Of a stretch of DNA of 64,000 nt, positions 50,412 through 61,219 are shown piece after piece (the stretch's first letter is position 1; each line of letters opens with the position of its first letter). Under the pieces are notes generated by a model. It was not told the origin of the DNA, did no database searches, and was given only the letters and a program-made list of their open reading frames with translations. Both the position numbers and the translations under genes were made by a program. The stretch is from the NCBI RefSeq assembly GCF_963853765.1, contig NC_088858.1:14632001-14696000 (forward strand), read 5' to 3'. The stretch comes from Magallana gigas. Lineage: Eukaryota.

Positions 50412-51980
50412 CTATACAAGTTTGACAAGAAATGAGTCACTAACAGTGATGTACCGCAGCCATTTCTGTGGAGTTGTCTGCTCTTGATTCAAAACTTTAA
50501 CAGTTTTTATCTTCATTCCCGACAACAAGCAACCAGAAATTTCAAACTTCATCCGAACTGGTCCCACATCTTCCCTGTTTAGTGGGCCTGACTGGTTTAT
50601 CAGCTAAAAGAAAGCAAAGAAAAAAAGGAACATGTGTGGTAAGTGAACAAAGTGGGGACAACACAATAAAAGATGGTCACAGCCAATGTGGCATTTATGG
50701 ATTTATGCTTAATGAGTAGTAATTACTGGTTAAAGCTGTTATGTCTAAAAATTTTAAACTCAGTACATGCATAACCTTATCATTTATAAATTTTGTTTAT
50801 AAAGAGTGAAAACTGTTTGTCCCCCTGAATCTCTAGCCAGCTGCTCTACCACCTGAGCAATGTGGCGCCAGTATTTAAACTGGCCTGACTGTCACTTTTC
50901 TCTGCCTCTAACTGATCTTCCTCTTGAAGTAACAGGGTTGGCACTGTACCGAATGTAACTTACAGGATATAAGAAATTATGACAATGTGATTAAAATACA
51001 GATCTCTACATAAGCGCACAGCGCTTATATAGAGATCTGTATTTTAATAAGATTGAAATTATGATGGACCAGACCAGAATTTCAACTCGTTTCGCCAAGT
51101 CTATAGTCATTTGCTCTACCAACTGAGCTATCTGAATAGCGTCCGTATTCAAAACGGTTGACTATCACATGCATAATATATTTTAAAGCTTTTTCCAGGA
51201 GTGGCATATACCATCGGTATCATTGGTACTGGAAAAAATTGTCCCTAAAAAGCATTGCCTCTGCAGCTACAATTCACTTTCTAAGGAGGATAATTTCCAA
51301 TGCTACAGATGTATCCCTGCTAACATGCAATATTTATATAAAACATGTATTACATTCTTGAACTGATTAATTCTCAACATGAATACTGATCTTACCCTGA
51401 ATTGGGCCACTGACTCAGCTTGCGGTGGCAGGGTTTTCAGGGTCCACAGAATTGTGCCATCATTCTTCTCCAAGGCAGCTGACTGGTCAGGGCTATCCAA
51501 GTGCTGGGAGATGCTGAAAAAAACCCACCATAAATATACTACAAAAGCCCATTGCGCTCATTTTCGTAAGTAAAAAAAAAAAAATTCAAATTTTACAATA
51601 TTGAACCAAAAAAAATATTTGGAAAGGTAAAAAATTTAAAAAAAAAAACAAAAAACAAAAAAAATGTGAAATTTGAACTTATGATGTACAGATTCATAGT
51701 AAACTCTGTTATTTGACAATATTGCAAAAGAAACTACTTATGTAATTACACTTCACTTTAATAAACAATACTTCATATCATGGAGGTGTCCCATACCACC
51801 TTAATGTAAGGTATGTGTGCCTAATTCTATTATTAAAAGAAATACTTCTAATGTAAGGCACCTAATTTTATTATTAGAAGAAAAAATTTTAACATAAGGC
51901 GCCTGTGGGCTATATAATTCTCACTCTGAATATTAACTCAATCAAAATCAGAAATGAATTGTTATTTGATAAAAAGATAG

Positions 51981-52016
<36 letters not shown>

Positions 52017-53448
52017 GAACAATAGGTATGATAAAATCAGCTTAATGGAGTAATAATACAAACTATCTGGACAATGTACAATAATACATGTAGATCCTGT
52101 ATAAATAAAATCCATTTTTCCCCTGGATATTCTTATGTTTATAATCATTAGTCCCTTTTCAAACAGGATGATTTTATAGTCATATCATATGTTGAGTATT
52201 GCAGTTCTCAAAAAGATCCTTAACAATTGTTTATATATGGGATATAAACGTATATCAAACTCTGAACCTTCTCGTGAGGCCAAAGAATTGTCCTGGGGCC
52301 AAAGTCTTAACAATTATAAAGAATCATCTGGCTGATTAGTTTCTGAGAAGAAGATTTTTAAAGATTTACCATACATATTCCTTTGTTAAACTTTGACCCC
52401 CATTGTGGCCCCACCCTACCCCCGGGGTTTATGATTTTCACAACTTTGAATCTACACTACCTGAGGATGCTACCACACAAGTTTCAGCTTTCCTGGCTGA
52501 TTAGTTTTTAAGAAGAAGATTTTTAAAGATTTACTCCATATATTCCTATGTTAAACTTCGACCACCCATTAAGGCCCCACCCTACCCTCGGGGGTCATGA
52601 TTTTCACAACTATGAATCTACATTACCTAAAGATGTTTCCACACAAGTTTCAGCTTTCCTGGTCTTATGGTTCATGAGAAGAAGATTTTTAAAGATTTAC
52701 TCTATATATTCCTATGTTAAATTTCGATCCCCCATTGTGGCCCCACCCTACCACCGGGGGTCATGATTTTCACAACTATGAATCTACACTACCTGAGGAT
52801 GCTTCAACACAAGTTTCAGCTTTTCTGGTCTTATGGTTCATGAGAAGAAGATTTTTAAAGATTTACTCTATATATTCCTATGTTAAATTTCGACCCCCAA
52901 TTGTGGCCCCACCCTACCCCTGGGGGTCATGATTTTCACAAATTAGAATCTACACTACCTGAGGATGCTTCCACACAAGTTTCAGCTTTCCTGGTCTTAT
53001 GGTTCATGAGAAGAAGATTTTTAAAGATTTACTCTGTATATTCCTATGTAAAACTTCGACCCCCCATTGTGGCCCCACCCTACCCCCGGGGGTCATGATT
53101 TTCACAACTTTGAATCTACATTACCTGAGGATGCTTCCACACAAGTTTCAGCTTTCCTGGTCATATGGTTCATAAGAAGAAGATTTTAAAATATTTATTC
53201 TGTATATTCCTATGTTTAATTTCGACCCCCAATTGTGGCCCCACCCTACCACCGGGGGTCATTATTTTCACAAATTAGAATCTATACTACCTGAGGATGC
53301 TTCCACACAAGTTTCAGCTTTCCTGGTCTTATGGTTCATGAGAAGAAGATTTTTGAAAATTTCTCAAAATTTTTCATAAATTCCTAATTATCTCCATTTG
53401 CAAAAGGGCGTGGTCCTTAATTTTCACAACTTTATATACTCTTAGGCT

Positions 53449-53497
<49 letters not shown>

Positions 53498-53596
53498 GAA
53501 GATGTTGAAAATGTGAAAAGTTTACAGACAGACGGACAGACGGACGGACAGACGGACGGACGGACAGACGGACGACAGACAAAATGTGATCAGAAT

Positions 53597-53632
<36 letters not shown>

Positions 53633-54720
53633 TATCAGTAACCTACACATATACAGTAAGCCAATTTTCATAAACTTCTAACTTTTTCTTGCATAGGACG
53701 TACTTGATATTGGTGTAACATTACCAGTAATACATATATACAAGTACTTACTTTGACACAGACCGGGGAACTCCAAACTTTAGACGCACATTAACACAGG
53801 GCACAGGTAATCTACTTTTTATCCTCAACGTCACCATCATGTCTCTACTCAAAGTAAAACATCAAACCTCAAACCTCAAAGAACTGTATACCAGAAAGTT
53901 ATATGTGGATGATAAAGAACATAGCAGATAAGAAACCCCATTAAACATGCATCAGCAGGTTATACCCTATGTAAAATATTTCTGCATTTAATAATTATTA
54001 CAGCATAATAGAATTAACAGTACAGGTATATTTACTGAAAGTACTACATGTACATAATTCAATGACATGTGTTTAAAAGTATCTACTTGGATAAATGTTT
54101 TATGCAGAGAAAACAGTTCCAGGGACTATGAAGTATTGTATAAAACTGTCTTGCATGCTGTAGCCTTTATGTTATAATTTTCTTTTGTCTGTCATTTGAT
54201 TTCATTTTGACTGTATGCCAACATGGTGATGTCATAAACCTTTGAATTGAATTGTAAAAGAGACACTACATGTACCTATATATTATTGCATCTCTAACAG
54301 ATGAGAGAGAATATCAATTCAAAGTTACAAGAGGTACCAGGTATATATTAAACAATACATAAATTATGTGCAAACAAACTTTCTGTAAAACTACAAACTG
54401 GATTGCTTTAAAATCATTTTCATTATATATTAGCTAGTGGACTGCTAGATATCTTACCTGCTTTGTTCTATTGGTTGAACAGAGGAGACAAAATGAAAAG
54501 GGGAGGTAATGCTGCTCTCCCCACTCACACTGTATGACATCAGAGTAAACTAGAACAAAAACATGTTTCCATCAACAAAGATTCCATGTACAATAAAAAG
54601 CATTGAATACATGTTATATGATGTTTATGTTCAGAACTATAGTTAAAACTTTGATTTTTCGTTTCTTTTTATTACGTCAGTTTTTCAAAAACTTGACATT
54701 CTGACTTTGTGTGTAAATAA

Positions 54721-54791
<71 letters not shown>

Positions 54792-55822
54792 CAGTTACCA
54801 AAAGACTATTTCAGATAAAGAAAATTAACATTAGTCTACTTTAAAAGTGGTTATTTACACGTGGGGGAAATTTACACTAGTTGCGCGGTGTGGGATTAAA
54901 ACCACATAAAATACCCCCGCACGTATGGTAAATAACTCAACATTTTACAGTGTTACATCAGGCATCAGCCTATTTAACACCCATGCGTATTGATTGACCA
55001 TAGAAAACGCGTACTTAAGGCCTAACCACCAGCGTAAATAACCACTTTTACAGTATCTGTTTTACAAGGCAAATTTTAACAAACTTAACTTGATATGGAC
55101 ACTAGTGGCTACATGTTCAATTTATCACTTCTTACCAACTGATAACCCATAACTACCAGTGCTTTGGCTCCAGCTCTGGGATTTTAGTCCCACTCTGATT
55201 CCAAGGAGTCCTTACCTCTCCAATGTGTGGATAGACAGTCAGTACTTGTGGTGAGTCAAGGTTGTCTACCTTTGCAGATTCGTGAAAAACACAGGTATCA
55301 AGCTGGACATTATCTCCATAAGCTGCAGACAGAAGAGGCATGTCCTCATTTGTTGTTAACATTATTTTAACTTTCTTGTGCATACATTTAACTTGAGAGT
55401 CAAACAACTATCATCAATTGAGTTTGTGATTTGTGTCTTACAATTGCTCATGGTCTTATTGCATGTTTTCTTTTGGTAGTTCTTATTTGTGATACTTGTC
55501 AAATATAATACACCTCTGTACAGTTGATATACCGGTATATATTTTGCAATATCAATTTCAAACAATTACATCCTTTACAATTACTGTATACCGGAAAATT
55601 TTTGCCTCCATTTGATTTTTACCCCTTTTGCCCTCCTTGTCATTGGGCAAATTTAAAACTGGGTGAATTCAAACAATTCTTAAATTACTACAACTTACCT
55701 TTAATTCTGGAATTTCTCTGGACAATTACATTGTCATTCAAGATGATCTTGAGTTGAGGACTACCATGTAAGAAATTTTTAACCTTCATTGCACCATTTA
55801 CTTCTAGACGACTTATACTTCC
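50412..55822 (-). CDS. AP4M1: AP-4 mu subunit-like (mu-homology domain only; N-terminal exons not found)
   Basis: Six phase-compatible exons: 55822-55699, 55322-55216, 54549-54458, 53844-53752, 51513-51396, 50603-50412. Motifs: VNGAMKVKNFL, LDTCVFHES, PHIGEFTLMSY, ISQHLDSPDQSA, GPVRMKFEISG, KWLRYITVSDSFLVKLV*. Closest in my recollection to AP4M1. Confidence 0.75.
50991..51050. repeat. Short palindrome/hairpin
   Basis: ATTAAAATACAGATCTCTACATAAGCGC-A-CAGCGCTTATATAGAGATCTGTATTTTAAT. Confidence 0.75.
51981..53632. mobile_element. pearl/HINE (non-autonomous Helentron-like) element with an internal 166-bp satellite array
   Basis: Subterminal inverted repeat GCTCACCTGAG/CTCAGGTGAGC; terminal stem-loop AGCTCACTTGAGCTTTCAGCTCAGGTGAGCT followed by AAAAA; (GACG/GACA)n microsatellite at ~53525-53579; about six tandem monomers at 166-bp spacing (~52385-53360). 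Lies in an AP4M1-like intron. Confidence 0.85.
54727..54788. repeat. (TA)n microsatellite
   Basis: About 30 TA units. Confidence 0.97.
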
Positions 55823-55884
55823 CTGAAAAACCAATTTCATTTTTTTTTTTAATTTTAGACCCTTGAAAATACAATCTCACCACA

Positions 55885-55970
55885 TCGTTATTAGTCCCCT
55901 ACCGGTTTCACCGGAGGGGACTATAGCTTTCCTCTGCGTCCGTCAGTCCGTCCGTCCGTCCGTCTGTTCT
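55885..55970. mobile_element. Fragment of a pearl-like element end
   Basis: TTATTAGTCCCCTACCGGT...GGGGACTATAG hairpin followed by (CCGT)n. Confidence 0.5.
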
Positions 55971-56081
55971 TCCACAGTATTCCAAGTGGGGTCATTTGTG
56001 AGTATTTTTGGTGTTTGTGGGGTTATAATTGCTTGCGGGGTTAACCTCACAAGATTTTTGTTTTTACGTGTACAGAATACC

Positions 56082-56307
56082 TTCAGGGGTTCAAAAAATC
56101 AAGTATGACATTTAACCCCATAAGCAGTTTGTCTTAGTGTAAATCGTCTTTGACACCACGTTGTCCGCGGACAAGATCATTAGAAATCTCTCGGACAATG
56201 TGGCGGGGTTTATACGTCATACGCATGCGCAGTTAGCCCTATACAGATGCGCAGTAACCTCAGAAGAGACCCGTCATTGCAGAAGGACGGATGTGGAGTT
56301 GAGACAG
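56082..56307. promoter_or_regulatory. Putative bidirectional promoter (AP4M1-like on -, PWWP-like on +)
   Basis: CpG-richer patch with GGCGGGG and the NRF1-like motif ACGCATGCGCAG (56221-56232). Outward-facing splice donors: minus-strand GAAG|GTATTC at 56080 and plus-strand CAG|GTAAGT at 56308. Confidence 0.55.
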
Positions 56308-59300
56308 GTAAGTTATCTTTTACTAATTTTTATGATGTAACACATCCTTAGTACATAAAATTCTTGAATAGCTTGTACATTTAACGACTTTGAATTACGG
56401 GGAGCACACGCTTGTTCACCGACATTTGTTGTGGTTTGCAAAAACATCTCGAAAGTCATGTCTTCTGTTCGAGTACGCGGGGAATCAAATTTTGTGATTA
56501 GCATCATTTATATTTTATCGCTATCAGTTGTAACGGCTCTCCTGACAAATATTTTGGCGTGGGGAATCGCTCCCATCCCCAATTTTTTGACCCAAGAGCA
56601 ATAGTTCTATGCCTGTTCAACAGAGCGGGTGCTCGCGAGCGCTCTCCAAAATTCCCTATACCCGCAACACAAATTTTGGCGAGCGCTCGCGGGCGCTCTC
56701 TCTGCTGAACACGCCTGAACATTTCAGGGACTTCTTCTTTTTTCTATATTAGCAAATATGTAATTTTCTTACAAAAGTTTAAAAATAAACTACACATCTG
56801 AAATATTCGCTAATTTCGCCAGTGGCGAATCTTTTTCAAAATTGGAGTAAAGAAATCTAAATGTGGCGAAAATTAATTTTTGGTGACTTCTTAAGTTTAA
56901 TGTGTTTCTCATTCCCACCCGTTTGTTTTACTTATTCGGTTAGTCTGTGTTAATTCAATCACCACGTGCAACTGGAAATCTCGCATCGCTTCAGTGCACA
57001 CAGCTCTGACCATAGATTAGCCCCAGGCTATTTATGGCTTCAGACCATCAATTGTTATGTAACACTGGGAAGGGTGCTCTCACTGAACTTGCTAAACTTC
57101 TTTAGTTATGAACAGAATAAAATATGCATCATAAAATTTTAAGTAAAAAATCTTAAATAATATTTGTTCCCATGTTTAGAAGTTATTAAATACTTATTGC
57201 AATGCAGCTGGTTGCCATAGAAATCATCAGGGTACTGCAAGTGATGACAGTTTTCTTATTTAGAACTTGGAACATACTTCACTTACAGACATCAACATAT
57301 TTGCTTTCCAAAAATATATTTTTATTCTCAAAGTCACACCAAAATGGGATAAACATGGGCAGTTCTTCAAAGGATTTTATTTATTGTAAAAAACACATTT
57401 GATAATTTTTTTTTATTGAAGCTGTGTAGTATGCATGAGGTTGTATGCAACTTATTGACATAAAACCCAGCAGAATATTTCATTTTTACGTCTGGCTTGT
57501 CAAAATGAGGACTTGTAAATGTGCAGCGTGTTTATTCTAAATTAGTCTAGAACAGAAGAATTATTGTCTTTGTGGATTTCACTCCATCTTCTTATCTAGT
57601 ATGTGTATGAATCCATAATGGCATTTTTGTTTTTGTTTCTTGATATGAAAAGTGTTTTGGTTTTTATTTTATCTCAAACTTAGAACTGTAGAAATTTAGT
57701 ATCTTAACTTTTCAAAAGCTTTCATACCATACTTCTTGGAAATCATTTATAGTGATACAAATGAGGAGAGTGCATATACAGTACATACCAAAAAATTGGT
57801 CAATACATGCATATTTAAAAAGTTCAAAATATTAATATCTTAAACATATAGGTCTGCATAAACATATACATGCACATGTATATGTGATATGATAGAAATA
57901 ATTGTAAAACATGGGTCGTTCTAAAGTGACGAAAAGGATTTTTGGTACAGTGGGAGCCCTGTCACGGCAGGACGCAAAAATTCATGGGAAAAGAATATTT
58001 GTCCCATATTTTGAATTATATGCTATAAACCACTATTTTCATTTGAAACAGGTTGGTAAAAAAATAGAATCACTGCATTTATATTTACCCCCTCCCCCAA
58101 TAAATATTTCCCTTTTTCAAAATTCACCAATATTAATCCTAATTTCTTCAATAATTATCTCACTACATTGTTTGTTACAATGTTACAAATTAAGTCGGCA
58201 GTCAAAAGTATACGGGGGAAAACATTGCATAGTACAGATTGACCAAGGAAGTAAGTCAATTTTATATCAAATTCACAGGTGTCATGTGCAATGGAGCGTA
58301 ATTACCTAATCATATGTCGTCTACTGTGGGTCAAATTCACAAGATAATCAAGCCACATTGTGTATACAAGCAGTAATTAGAATTTCTTAGTGAATTAATC
58401 CAAGTGGTGAAAAACTCCAAACTGTGCGTTTATAGCTATATGGTAAATTTTGGTAGTTTATTTTGTCATTGTCGATGTTATTTAACATTGAGCAATGAAA
58501 ACGCACGATTGCACTTGAAAGTCTTTTCCTGAACAGTTAGGAAGATGTAAGAGGTACACTTTGTCAAAACCTCCTGTTAGGCTGACTAGAAACCAGCTGG
58601 GGTTTGCTGAAGTAACACAAGATTATGACAAATAAAATCCATGACTTGGGGCTTGAGTTGAAGACACATGTAAAGCTTTATTACCTTCATGAAACATTTA
58701 CTGGAATTTTGTAGGCACTGCTGTTTATTCTCTGAGAATCAGTCTCAAAGCAAGGACCCCCTGTTTGTTTACATGATTTTGTTTTTTACCATTTGTATTT
58801 TTATAATACCCGTAAATGGCCAATCAGAACGTTAAGAAAAGTACAAACGTTTAGAAAAGTACAAACTGGTAGCACAGAACGACATACAGACATGATTGAC
58901 AGGAAAATCACAATTTTTTTTAGAAATTATAGGCTCGGTAGAATATTTTGGTAAATCGGGGGGAGGGGGGGGGGTATGTTTTCCACACTTCAGGTGCCTG
59001 TGTATATGGCACGGAACCTTACTTTATGTAAAAGCAATGGGGTTACCCGACAAGTCTCTTTTTCACTATGTATATTGTATAAGGGCAAACTTCTGGGGTT
59101 ACAGAACACCCCACAATTCCTATAGGGACATGCTAATAGGGTTTTACAAGTTTAACATTCCATGATGTCTTATTGGACAAATTTATGGGGTTAGGAAAAC
59201 CCAACAGATCATCATGATCATATAAGGACAACAGGAAGTACATATTTAAATTGTTTTGCAACTTCCAATTCAAATGAAAATGGAGGTTTGGTTCCTTGTG

Positions 59301-60369
59301 CTGCTGTTCTCACTACTTTTCATGATTTTTATTTCACTTTTATTGGGCATTGTCTTGATGTTTGTGATGTTTAGAAGATGGTCAGCACTTTTCCGTCTTT
59401 GGACTCATGATCTCCAGTGAACAACATGATTGATGATTTGATGTATGAAGTATACATTAAAGATCAGAAGAACTTGAGGTTCATTTTCATTGTTTTTCTA
59501 GAATTGAATATAAAATGTAAACTTTTAACAAAAATACACAGTGACTCGATTGTATTTGGATTTGGAACTTTTTCACTGGAAGTTGCAGAGACAATCACAC
59601 ATCTTTTAATAAAACTAAAAGTTCCATTTGAATGTGAATAGGTAAGTTTATGCATATATTTGGATTATGTAATGGTTACTATACTCCTAGTTTAATAATG
59701 TTCCTTACATTATATATCAATTTGTGAACTTCTACAGTGGGATCTTAAGATAAAAGACTATAGCACATAGTGCACTAAAACTTGAACCCAAAGCTCACAT
59801 TGTATAGACAGAGAAGTAACCTCACAAAGCTTGTCCTAATTTTTTGCTCATGTAGAGGATGTTTGTCAGCCATAGTTCTACATGATACAGAAAAAAAGAA
59901 CATGGAATTTCCTACTGCTTTTATTGGATTTGATTCGAATGAGGCATTTGTAAATGTGTGCTTATATTGCTCCGACTTTGATCTTGATGTCTTGGAAATC
60001 TTTATCAATGGCGCCAATTTTTTGTGCTTCTTTAATATTGAAGATTTTGATGCATGCTGTTTTTACTGTCAGTTGAATTCATTCAGTGTTGAAAAATATG
60101 TTCTCATTTGAACTAATACCTACAAAAGGTAAGCTTGTTTCATGAGTGTTTGTATTACATCTATTTGGAAATGCAAAAAAAAAATTTAAGTTTTTGGTGG
60201 TCAAGTGTAAATGATATATATGTATTAGAGAAATACACATGTACCTACAAGTATTTTGGTTTGAATCTCTACACAAATTATAATAATTGGGCAGTGAGTT
60301 GGTGCTTTCATGAGACCCTTATCATGAACAGAGGACTAACTTCAAACTTATGCTATATGATGTATATAT

Positions 60370-61040
60370 GTATACGGTCAAGTAACCTCACAGTGTTAAA
60401 CCCCATAATGTGTAGACAGACAAGCGTAACCTTGCAATGATAAACCTATAATGTGTGAACAGACAAGTAGCTTCACAGTGTTAAACCCCATAATCTGTAG
60501 ACAGACAAGTAACCTCAAAGTGTTAAATCCATAATGTGTCTATGGACAAGAAACCTCAAAGTGTTAAACCCCACAATGTTAAACCACAATGGCCATAATG
60601 CATAAACAGACAAGTAACCTCACAGTGTTAAATCCATAATGTGAAACCTTGCAGTGTTAAACCCCACAATGTGTATATAAACAAGTAACCCCACAATGTT
60701 AATTAAACCCCATAATGCATAAACAGACAAGAAACCTCACAGTGTAAAATCCATAATGTGTATATGGACAAGAAACCTTGCAGTATTAAACCCCACAATG
60801 TGTATATAAACAAGTAACCCCACAATGTTAATTAAACCCCATAATGCATAAACAGACAAGAAACCTCACAGTGTAAAATCCATAATGTGTATATGGACAA
60901 GAAACCTTGCAGTATTAAACCCCACAATGTGTATATAAACAAGTAACCCCACAATGTTAATTAAACCCCATAATGCATAAACAGACAAGTAACCTCGCAG
61001 TGTTAAATCCATAATGTATGTACAGACAAGTAACCTTAGT
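60370..61040. repeat. Minisatellite (~42-bp unit) with a 129-bp higher-order repeat
   Basis: Unit GTAACCTCACAGTGTTAAACCCCATAATGTGTAGACAGACAA; a composite block recurs at 60652, 60781 and 60910. Confidence 0.9.
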
Positions 61041-61219
61041 TATATTTTTAACTGGTTGGGTTATCTCCCTAAGTAGAAAAATAAGAAGTCTGGGACTTAA
61101 TATGAAAATTACTATTTATAAGTTACCCTTGTTTAGGTTTTTATGTCAAATTGATTCAAATATTCTAGGTAAATTACTCAAGTTACAGTTTAATTTATTG
61201 AATATTTTTTCTTCCAGAA

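Noticed and set aside
52548-53098. Three near-identical 72-aa ORFs
   Set aside because: They are produced by the 166-bp satellite monomers inside a non-autonomous element.
57287-57326. Minus-strand 40-nt candidate exon (NKNIFLESKYVDV) as the missing AP4M1 FLDV exon
   Set aside because: It ends in phase 1 whereas the next exon needs phase 0, has a weak acceptor, and gives only a superficial motif match.
59240-60120. Minus-strand last exons of an unknown gene (e.g. ...KIFNIKEAQKIGAIDKDFQDIKIKVGAI*)
   Set aside because: The frames are short and interrupted by stops, there is no consistent acceptor/phase chain, and the stronger splice signals are on the plus strand.
60370-61040. CRISPR-like array
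   Set aside because: The repeats are contiguous with no unique spacers, the context is eukaryotic, and there are no cas genes. The same applies to the 166-bp array.
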